A stretch of 62,011 bases of DNA, counting the filler. It is 12 parts of 12 records of this genome, joined end to end, with 100 filler letters (N's around TTAATTAATTAA, not from the genome) between each part and the next. Parts side by side here need not be neighbours in the genome. Positions count along the whole stretch, not along the records: positions 22,730 to 32,931 come from SRR7504441_16316; positions 33,032 to 36,640 come from SRR7504441_16318; 10 more parts are not named here. One strand, given 5' to 3'. Made by a program: the position numbers and the translations under genes. Of the stretch, positions 23,290-33,113 are shown piece by piece. The notes beneath the pieces were generated by a model. The model saw only the letters and a program-made list of their open reading frames with translations, was not told the origin of the DNA and ran no database searches. How positions within the stretch are numbered: position 1 is the stretch's first letter; every line of letters starts with the position of its first letter.

Positions 23290-24634
23290 TTATCTGCCGA
23301 CAAGATTGAGCTGTGTCATGATGGCGACCCGGATCGATTGATCGAATGAGCCGAACACCACTAGCCCCTCCTTGTCGGTGTTGAAGTCCATCGAGCAGAT
23401 CGGCTGCGTCGAAAAGTTCTTGGACTGCAGCAGCTGGCAGCTCCCGGGCACGCCTGAGAGCCAGCGGTCGATTCGGTTGGGCCGGCCGGCGCACCATATT
23501 CATAGCCATGCTCATCCTTAACTGTCCTCTGGGCCGGGTAATTGCTGCAGCACGCAGTCAGCCACCGCAGCTGGCGGCTCGCACTATCGGTACAAGTTGA
23601 TGTTGCCGTTGCCGCCGCCGGTGGCGAACAAGTCTCGGTTCTGGGGCAGGAATCTGCCGCACCAGACAGTTGACTTGTGCGCCTGCTCCGTGAGCGAGCA
23701 GAAGCCCTTTGTCGGGTGCAGCGTGCGCACGTCGTACATCCGGAACCGCGACTCGAGCGTGCACGCCAGCAGCTTGTTCATCTCGATGTTTTTCCTGTCG
23801 AACTCCACCCAGCACGCCCCGTTGCTCACGTTGCCCTCCCAGCGGATCTCGTTCATCCGCAGATCAAACAGCTTCACGTCGCCGTTATCAAAACCAGCCG
23901 CCACGCATCGCTCCTCGCTGTTGTAAGAGTTGCCTGCCGGCCTGCTGAGAGCATCCGACGGGGGGCGCACCGAATGCCACCGACCAGCAGTCCTGGGCCG
24001 CCTGGCCTTCCTCTGGCTCGAGAGAGGCCACTGGCTTGTCTCGCTGCCGTGGATCCCACACCCTGACCGAGCCTGCGGCCCGCCCTCAGCCCGACCCGCC
24101 CCGCGCACACCGTCCCGACTGCCTGTCACCAGCTCCGGCGCGCCCGAGCCGATGTTGAGCCCGCCGCAGCTGCCGGCCGGTCGAGCCAGCGCTGGAGGGC
24201 CGGCACCCGTCGATGGCGTTGACGATCACGTCGTGCGCCTTGACCGAGAATACCGGCATCTCGGTCCGCTCCAGGTCCCTGCCCGGGCTCGCCCAGCCGT
24301 TGCCGGAGCGCACCAGATCGACAGCCGGCCGTCGAAGTCTCCGGTGGCCAGATGCCGCTCGGCCAGGCTGGACGCCCCAAAGGTGCCGCACTTGAACGCG
24401 GCGTGCTTCTCCGACTGGCCGCGGGTGGGCTGGGCCGGACCGTGGGCGCACCTCGTGCACCAGCTCGACTCCGCCCTTGCGCAGCTCCATCACTTGGAGC
24501 GCGCCAGTGCCGCGCGGGTGGCAGCCCAGCACAACGAACCGGGCGCTGGACGGAATCCAGCGGGTGTCGTACACCACATAGTTGAGCGACTTGTAGCAGT
24601 GCTCCACGATCTGCGGCCGGTCCGTCGCGTCCAT
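23290..24634 (-). CDS. WDR92: WDR92 / dynein axonemal assembly factor 10
   Basis: Spliced product PQIVEH...[12 protein letters not shown]...[10 protein letters not shown]...[12 protein letters not shown]...[18 protein letters not shown]...[11 protein letters not shown]...YPAQR...TQPICSMD. Seven short GT-AG introns. Confidence 0.93.
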
Positions 24635-24770
24635 CGCGCTGCCCGGCCGGTGAGCCCGCCCCCGCCAGTCGATACCGTGTGGTGTCCGGGTGGTTGCGCT
24701 CTGGTCAGTTGTTGCTAAACATAGGGGCGAACAATAATAAAAATCTGGGATAGCGCGGGAGGATCAGAGG

Positions 24771-25471
24771 ATGGAGCTGGCCAACCCGAACCCGACGGTG
24801 GCGCGCTCGGGGCGGGATGGGGGGAGCGGGGGGTCAGGTGCAGCAGGGCGGGTTCACCGGGCGGAAGCAGCCGCCGGTCGGGCCGGAGGAGCAGCCGGAC
24901 CCGATCGATCGGCTGGAGGTCTTCGACCTGGTGCGCGACATCACCGACCCTGAGCACCCGCACTCGCTCGAGCAGCTCAAGGACCCCAACCCGGACCCAA
25001 CAGCCTGACCCGGCGCAGGTGCTCACCCTAGACAACATACAGGTGGACGATCTGGCCAGCCGGATCTCGATCCAGTTCGCCCCGACCGGTGCCGGCCGCG
25101 GGGGCCCGGCCGATGGCTCGGCCAGTGCCCGGATGCAACATGGCTCCGCTGATCGGGCTGAGCCTGCGAGTCAAGCTGATGAACTCGCTCCCCAAGCGGT
25201 TCAAGGCGCCGGCCTGCGCGGCCGTAGCTGTAGCCAGCCGCAGGTGGACATACACATCGTGCCGGGCACCCACCAATCCGAGGAGGCCGGTGCGGCCCGG
25301 TCCGGGCGCCAGCAGCTGGCCGGGCAGTCAACCGACAGCTGAACGACAAGGAGAGGGTGGCGGCGGCGCTAGAGAATCCGAACTTGCTCTCGGTGGGCTG
25401 CTGCAGGCAGAGTGGCGCCAAAGGGGGGGCAGGTAGTTCACAGGTGCGTCGAGGGCTCGATAGATGGCTGA
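24771..25471 (+). CDS. CIAO2B: Cytosolic Fe-S assembly component CIA2 (FAM96/MIP18 family)
   Basis: MELANPNPT, EVFDLVRDITDPEHPHSLEQLK|V, FAPTVPGCNMAPLIGL and QLNDKERVAAALENPNL. Introns at 24798-24837, 24982-25018 (GA-AG), 25089-25125, 25206-25243 (GC-AG), 25290-25327 and 25393-25432. Confidence 0.92.
24982..25018 (+). other. 37-nt non-canonical GA-AG intron
   Basis: CTCAAG|GACCCC...CTGACCCGGCGCAG|GTGCTC. Removal restores the conserved CIA2 frame. A CTGAC branch-like motif is present, and no GT donor is available nearby. Confidence 0.8.
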
Positions 25472-25564
25472 TACTGCCGCCGTGCCGCTCTCGGGGGGTC
25501 GCACTATGTTAAAACTAAATGTGTATATCATAGAAATTCCCGAGTCCCCCCAAAATCGGCATGT

Positions 25565-25735
25565 GCACTCGTACTGCACTCGTACGAACTGTATAAAATA
25601 ATTGATTGTACTCGTACTCGTACGAGTACGTACTCGACTCAGTACTGAGTCTCGTACTGTCTCGCACTCGTACGTACTCGACTCGGTACTGTCTCGTACT
25701 CATCCGAGCACTTGTACTCCGAGCAGACTCCGAGT
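25565..25735. repeat. Degenerate GTACTC/GTAC palindromic microsatellite between convergent genes
   Basis: About 14 GTAC sites in about 150 nt, including perfect palindromes GTACTCGTACGAGTAC and ACTCAGTACTGAGT. Confidence 0.8.
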
Positions 25736-25801
25736 AACAGCTTAACAGCTGCTCGAAAATCGATGGGAGCGATATCTATTAAATTTTATAGTTATTACCG
25801 G

Positions 25802-26474
25802 TCATTGCCTGGCTGATATATCTTCGGCCCTCTCCGGTGCCGACCCTTCAGGCAATGTTTGGCACCTTAGGGCGCCTTCCGGCAGCGGGTCCCCATGCGG
25901 CCCCTTTTCCTCCCCGGCCTCCGGCTCGGAGGCCCCCTCCGGTTGGACCAGCCCGTCGCGGAAGGCCTGCCCACCCTCAGCCCGAACCCCCAACGAGCGG
26001 CCACCGAGAGCCTTCTTTGGAGGGCCCTGACCCCGCGCCGGCCCTCGATCTTCTCGAATTCCTTGTGCCAGAAAGCAAGCCACTCCTCGCGGGCGATCTG
26101 CAAGTCGGCGTTGTCGTCCATGTCCCGCAGCATCTGGTCCCACGAGTCCTCCGCCCGCTGCTGCGACTCGCCCAGCAGCAGCGCCGCCTGCCACCGCTCT
26201 TGGCCCGCCCCAGGCCCCGGCACCTGCACGGCCTCGTCCTGCTCGATGAAGCCGTTGCCGTTGCCGTCAATCAGGTCAAACACCCGCTCGAGCAGGCAGA
26301 ACGTCTCTTGCGCCTCCCGCTGCTGCTGCCGGCTCCCCAGCTCGGCCGCGTCGAACGTGAGCCGGTGGCTCTTGGTCACCACCTCGACCGCCTCCTCTGC
26401 CCCAAGCTGAGCGCCGCGGCTGGAAGCTAACCTCGGCCGACCGTCCAGTGGTCCCGCGGGCAACAGCCAGACAT
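25802..26474 (-). CDS. EF-hand protein
   Basis: EF loops DGNGNGFIEQDE and DDNADLQIAREE. Three 35-38-nt GT-AG introns are inferred; the start is tentative. Confidence 0.65.
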
Positions 26475-26635
26475 CTCCCGCCCCAGCTAGTCGCAAGCCG
26501 GGCAGCGCCAACCAGCGCGCGCCATTGCCTTGTTGCCCTGGGGTCCCAGACAGGTCAACTCCAGGTAAGTCAGCTGCAGGCAGTTCACTGCAACAGAACT
26601 CATGAACGTGCAAAATTCGTACAAACACGAAAACC

Positions 26636-27609
26636 ATGCCCGAAGAGGGTGGTGCGCCGTCCGCTATGGGCGAGTGGCAGCTGCTGGTGAGCCAGCAGCA
26701 GCAGCAGATCAACCAGCTGCTCATCCGTCAGTCGCAGCCGGAGCTCTCGGACATCCGCCAGTCGCTCGCCCAGCTCTCGCAGCAGCAGGCCGCCATCGCG
26801 CAACAGCTCGCCCAGCTCACCCGCCGCCGCCCCGCCAGCACCCGCCGCACCAGCCCACCCGCCGACCAGACCGCCAGTCCTAGCACGTCGGCCAGCCGCA
26901 CCAGCCCGTCGGCCGGTCGCACCAGCCCGTCGGCTGGCGCCAGGCTCGGGGGGCTGCCTGCGGGGCTCGCTGCGGCGCTTGAGGGCCTGGTGCCCTCCGG
27001 GGGGCGGGTGGTGCTCATGCCCGGACTCCCGGGCGGCGGGCTGCCTCCCTCGTTCGGCCAGTTCATGGCGGCCATGCTCGGGGCGGACCGGTCGGCCACC
27101 GGGGCCCCGCCGGCGTCGGACGAGGCGATCGCCCAGCAGCCGCTGACTGTGGTGGACGACCCGGCTGACTACCCGGAGCCGTGCAGCGTGTGTCAGGAGA
27201 GGCTGGCCTCCGGCGAGCGGGTACGCCGGCTGGGATGCGGGCACTATTATCACGCCGAGTGCGTGGACCGGTGGCTCGGAATGCACAACTCTTGCCCAAG
27301 CTGCCGACAGCCGCTCGACCAGCCACCGAGCACCCCTCCCCAGCAGACCCAGCCGCTGGCCAGCCGGACCCCGACCAACAGCAGCCGGACTGGCCACCGG
27401 TGCGCCGCGTGTGGAGCGGCCGACCCGGCGCTGCGGTGCGGCTGGTGGGGCAACGCGGAGGCTGAATGGTCGGCAGGTGCTCCAGGTGCAGAGGGGTGAG
27501 CTACTGCAACCGACAGTGCCAGCGGCGGGACCACAGGCAGCACAGGCAGATCTGCCAGGCCCTGTCCGATCCGGCGGACGAGCTAGGCGACGAGCCAGTG
27601 GACGTTTGA
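26636..27609 (+). CDS. RING-H2 E3 ligase with C-terminal MYND zinc finger
   Basis: CSVC...CGHYYHAECVDRWL...CPSCR. After intron 27436-27476 the frame reads CAAC...RCSRC...YCNRQCQRRDH..H...C, ending at TGA 27607-27609. Confidence 0.85.
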
Positions 27610-28019
27610 AGCTCACTGGCTCTACAGCGCACACACCTTCAACCTGACATAAATCCGACACGAAATCACTCTAGCCGACTTAAGCCGACTCAAGACTACA
27701 TAATTTTACTGGGTGTGCGCACTATCTAGTAAACGTAGATACGTGTACAATTCCGGATAGATCCATGTTACGAGTAATTAATGTTAGAATCATCCATCGG
27801 AATGATCGGACCCATGGAGGTATCGATTTGAACAATGATTAAACCTTCAGGAGTGCCTATGAATAAACCAGGATCGGAATCGCCAAAGGCCGTGCAGGTT
27901 AACCAATGATAGATCTAATTCAATGATCGATCTACGTAGTTCTAAATGATCGTTGTGAGCCGCGCCTTGATTTTCATGAATGTCACGGCCGTTGATCTAT
28001 AAATTATTATCTATTCGAT

Positions 28020-29608
28020 CTACATGCTGGACCGGCCGCTCTTGGGTTGTGTGAGCAGCTTGTCGGTGTCGTCCAATTTGTCCGGCTCTTGCCACTCGTG
28101 CCGGGACAGTTCGATCGTCTGATCGGCCGGCTGCGCGAGCCCGTCCCCTAGTGCGTCGCGCGCCTTCCCGATGTGCCAGGCCTTCTCAGGTATGTTGAAC
28201 GCCCGGTTGTGCGCGTTGGCCTCGCCGGTCATCTCGAAGTGCTCGGTGTGGTCCTGCTCGAGCTGGCTGACCGCCTGGTGCAGCGAGGCTTGCTCCGGGA
28301 TCATCAGGTCGTAAGGGTGGAAGAACAGCCACTTGCGCCCACTCACCTTGGCCCACGCCCGGACCGCCTCAATCTCCCACCCGATCGCCCAGGCCAGCCC
28401 GACCAGCGTGCCGGCCACGCACTTGCGCACCCCGTGCAGACACCTGCCCAGCCTGCCGCCCGGCCACTGTGGCTGGCCGTTCACTTGAGTTTGACCGTAG
28501 GCAGGCACGAGACGGGCGGCTCCGGAGGCTCGGCACGCCCGGCGCGCGGGCTCTGGAGCTCGAGCTCGATCGACTCGCCGGGCGGCGCCGGGGGCTGGTC
28601 CAGCCGGCAGAGCTTGCGCACGCTGAGCCGGATCACCTGGCAGTGGGCTTGATGGTCTCACAGCGGCTGGTTGGACCTGGAGCAGAGAACCAAACGAGCG
28701 GTCGGAGCAGATGGCCACCTTGGGGTGCAGCCCGGCCACGTTGGCGGCTATCCCGCCCCCGATCGACCGGGCGTGGAACAGGATGAGCTCCTCGGGCACT
28801 CCGCAGTGCTGGTGCACATACTGCGACCACTCAGCCGCCCCCGAGCGCTAACTGACCTGGAAGATAGCGTCGCCGTCACGGATGGTGCCGTCGACCGTGA
28901 CTCGGCCGGTGGACTCGCACACCCCGCGGTAGTTGAACAGCACTAGATTGAGCCCGGCGGTCATGTACATGGCAGCAGTCGTGTGCGATGAGGCGCCTTC
29001 GAGCAGCTGCATGTTGGCGTTAAAGTAAATGCAGGTCGGCCCGCTCGGCTGGCCGCCCGGCACCACAAAGTGCACCACGTCGAGCAGCAGCCCGTCCGCC
29101 GTGCCCACCCGCACGTTGACGCAGCCCGCGAACCCGGCCATCAACGCCTGCCGCCGCCTGCGCAGCTCGTTCACTCCGCGCCGGCCGAGCAGAGCGGGGT
29201 CAGATCCGAGGCTCCGGAGCATATTGAGGAAGCATGAGGGCACCTGCCCGGCCGCTCGCCCGGCGGGATGGCTGCAGTCGCCTCTTTGGCCACGTTCTGG
29301 GCCGGAAAGATGATCGGGCCCACCACGTACGCGTGCAGCAGCCGGCGGCACAGACCGAGCAGCCCGACCGCTAGGAGCAGTCCGGCCGCCCATCCCGGGA
29401 AGCCCGGAACTGCGAATAGCCCGCAGGCCAGCGGCAGGAGCAGCACCGTCTCAAGGCCGACCAGCGGGTACCGGCCAGCCCAGCCGAGCGCCGGCCGGAG
29501 ACTCGGGTGCCACTCGGCTCGGAACACCGGCGGATCCTCCCGCGGAATCGGCGGGTCTGCGGTCGTGTCCAGCCCCGGCTCGAGCGTCGGCACCGCGTCG
29601 GCCTTCAT
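28020..29608 (-). CDS. Alpha/beta hydrolase (ABHD13/16-like) with N-terminal TM segments
   Basis: FNYRGVCESTG, nucleophile elbow ARSIGG, DRSF, YDLMIP and NAHN. Four short introns, including a GC-AG at 29244-29281. Confidence 0.8.
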
Positions 29609-30602
29609 GCGCGCCTTGCTTCTGCCGGCTCGCACCACTGTCCGCCGGAGGCTTGGGACAACGGACTTTTTACTCGCTCGCGGCCGCACTGGTGTCTTAG
29701 GTGTCCCACCTAGTGCCCACCGTAGCCCGGGTAATAGAAGCGCTTATAGCAAGCTATATTATTACGTGAGCTCTGAAGCTCCCCCGACTGCGTTTGTCCT
29801 ACAGTGTAGTCCTCGTCTAGTCCTCATGGTTCCTCTGAACGGCGGATTGGGAGTGAAACCTAGGCTGCGCTGTAACCGGGTTGGTGAGTCACCAAGGTTT
29901 GCTAAGTCGCCGCTAAGTCGCCGCGGTCGGCGAGATCTGGAGGGGGGTATGTGCCACAGCCTAGACCTAGGGTATTGGCTTATTCTAGAGTGCGCCGGGT
30001 CTGTGGCGTCGTCACCAATCGCTGTAAAGAGTTTCCCTGTCCGCGCTGGGGGGAACCGGCTGCCACTACTGACAGGGCACCTCTGGAGCACGCGCCGTCA
30101 GGCTCACCAGCCGGCGTCAGTAACCGCTGGTCTGCACAATCCAATAGGGAGTCGTCCGGGCAGGAAGGGCTCAGGTGGCTTGAACGGCAACAGATCTCGA
30201 GCGTGAGCAGATGGCCCGAGCGCAAGCCAGACTCACCCAGCGCGCCCAGCCGATGGAGCCAAGCTCTACCGGTGAGCTAGAGGAGAGCATGCGCACACGG
30301 TCAGTAATGAGTCACTTTTGACACTGCCGTCAGGTATAGTCAGGTACGTGGGTATCTTCTCGCCAAAATATTGCCCATACTGTCTAACGTTAAAATCACA
30401 ATCCAACGCTCGATTATTGATAACGAAAACGACTTGAAGTGTTATACATGTTTTAATCGTTCGCTATATGGTTACAACATCGCCACAACTCAGGACTTGT
30501 AAGGACTTGTCACACAAATCGTTGACAAGCGATTACTCGTACTTATTCCTCTCTTGTACTCATCATGAGTCTCGCGCCGGTATTCCTCGCTCAAATCGCC
30601 GT

Positions 30603-31613
30603 CTAGACGGTAGGAGCTGCCGGCACGTAGCCGACTGCCCTCCGCATGTCCTCAATGGTGAATGAGGCCTTGGGCACCGCGCACGGAGTTTCTAGCAGTG
30701 TCGATCCGGCCACTCTGTGCCGCACTTGGCCTGGGAACGATCCCATCCGGGTGAGTGACGAGTGCGCCGCCAGCTCCTGGTTGCGCGACTGGAGCGCGGC
30801 GATCGTCCTGGTCGAGCGCATCGCCGGCGAAAGCAGCAGCGAGTGCCGGAGCGCATTCTCAGCCTCCTGGCCGTCTTTCATTGTCTGGGCGTTTGAACCG
30901 TCCCGGAGCGCGCGCAGGTGCTCCTCCTCGCGGATCGCTTGTTGCATCCGGCTGTCGAGCGCCGCGTCCCGGATAGCCAGGTCCCGCGCGTTCATGGCGT
31001 CCTCGAGCTCCTCGCGCGCCTTGCGCCGGGCGTGCTCCTCCGCCCGGAATCGCTGCCCCCGCGGTGAGAACGGCGCTAGCCCGGGCTGTCGACGTGCTGT
31101 CGACACTCAGGCAGAGGATGGGCACCTCCTGCCGGGCGGCGAGCGCCTCGGACTCGATGCACACCGAGGGCCCCATCTGGCGGACATGATCGGCGATCAT
31201 CCGCTCTTGCTCGGTCTGGTACATGTTAGGCTCACTGGCATGGTGCGCCCGGTAGGCGTCGAGCTCCTCCCTGCCACCCGACCCATCGGCCCCGAGCCCC
31301 GCCCGGGCCGGTGCACCAGTGCCGCAGCGAGGCGTGGGGGTCGCGCCCGGCCCGCCGGTGGTCCCGGACCACAGAGGCGTTCGGATGGGTCTCCGGGTGG
31401 TACAGCCGGGCGAGGTACTCCTTCCGATCGGTGGCCCGGTACGCGGTGGCGTACGGGCCCTCGCCGTGGGTGAAGGTCTTTGCAAATTCCTGGCGCCGGC
31501 AGGTCGGCGATACTGGAAGATGCAGCGCCATAGTCTAACGTCTTTCTGATAATTCTTCGCCCCGTCAGCTGCGAGGCACAGCGTAGCGCGGGGAAGTGAT
31601 CGGTCGATGACAT
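30603..31613 (-). CDS. Hypothetical protein with coiled-coil segment, several short introns
   Basis: Overlapping ORFs are joined by 39-46-nt introns (RHW|EELDAY, ARQE|PGLAPF). The 5' exon structure is uncertain. Confidence 0.5.
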
Positions 31614-32147
31614 GGGGTCGCGCTCTGTATCTTACATGTAACCACCCTGCACTAGCGCGAGCGCATGCGACGGTCTGAGCGCCACCGCGATAGCTAGCGC
31701 GACGGCGCGAGCGTGCATGAGGCGGTTGTCTGCAGGGAGTCCGACGGTCCGATTGGCTTGGCCGATTGATTTATTCTGTTGAGTCGTTAACGTTCCACTG
31801 AAGCCAGCCCATATTCGGTTTGCCAAATACCATCACGGGAAGTGGAAGGGAACCATCACGTGATCGTTTCATTACGAGATTACGCTTCCTCTGTCATGTC
31901 CTCTGTCAGCATTGAACTTGGATAGATCTGCGATCGTGAAGGTTGATCTCCGAATCCGGTCGTAGACCTCAACGTCAGTGTAGAGAAGAGACTGAGTCGC
32001 TTAGTATGGTTAGCACCATGGCCAGTGTCTATCATCGCACTGCGAGGCTTGCCGACAAATCACAAATGACCGCCTTGATGACGTATAGCCGTACTGCAAC
32101 GGAAAGTGACTGTTGGGGTTGTGACGCCGCCGTCCCTTCGTTGCCAG

Positions 32148-32676
32148 ATGCCGGCCACAGTGGAGGCGTTGTTCAACCAGCTGGACCTGGATGGCGACGG
32201 TCAGATCACCCGAGACGAGTTCCACAAGGTGCGGGCGTTCACGGCGTTCCTGATCGGGAGGGCAGGGCATGACCGGCAAGCGCAAGCAGAAGCTCCGGTC
32301 CATGCTTCATGACTGCGTCATACCTGAAGCCTGCGCCCGTGAGGCCGAGGCACAGCCGGCCGAACTCTGGAAGCACGTGGGCGAGATCCAGTACATGTTC
32401 GGGCTGAGGGGCCGGCTCAGCTTGGCCGAGTTTGAGGGGGCAGTGGAGGCCGAACGCCAAATGTGGCCAAGGAGCGTGCCAGAAGACAAGCAAGAACAGG
32501 AGCGTCAGGATGCCATGGTCCAGCGCCTGATCGCTCTTGATACCGGCAGGACCGCGACAGAAGCGGTCTGGCGGCAGCGCGTGGCGAAATACCCTTCAGG
32601 GAATGTACCGGTCCTTTTCAAATACCGGCCTGAGGATCGTACCCTTGAAGACATCTACCTGTACAACAGCTCGTGA
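32148..32676 (+). CDS. Small EF-hand protein
   Basis: DLDGDGQITRDE loop. Intron 32229-32265 joins it to GMTGKRKQKL. An upstream exon is possible. Confidence 0.65.
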
Positions 32677-33113
32677 GTATCGTGCGCCGCGTTCACGTTA
32701 TAAGCGGTTAGCTAGTATATGCATACAACCAATGTCACTCATACATGATTGTACAATTTATAGTATACGTAATTAACGATCATCAGTCTCCATCACTCGA
32801 GTCCAGGCTCATAATTGTTGAGATCGGCTCGGGGGCTCGATCTTCGGCTAGCCCGGTCCATCGCATGATGGCCGTCCGCTCGCCCTCCTTGTCAGTCATC
32901 AGGTGCGCAATGTGCAGCTCGACGCAACAACNNNNNNNNNNNNNNNNNNNNNNNNNNNNNNNNNNNNNNNNNNNNTTAATTAATTAANNNNNNNNNNNNN
33001 NNNNNNNNNNNNNNNNNNNNNNNNNNNNNNNGTGTCCACTGTTATAACGACATCAAGTACACGCAAATTTATTTCAACACAAACCATCGGGCCAACCACC
33101 TCTGCGGACGCCG

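Noticed and set aside
29268-30206. Long antisense or overlapping ORFs (e.g. 29268-30206, 30646-31473, 26600-27661, 44060-44890)
   Set aside because: They are shadow ORFs caused by high GC, lie opposite real genes and carry no recognisable motifs.
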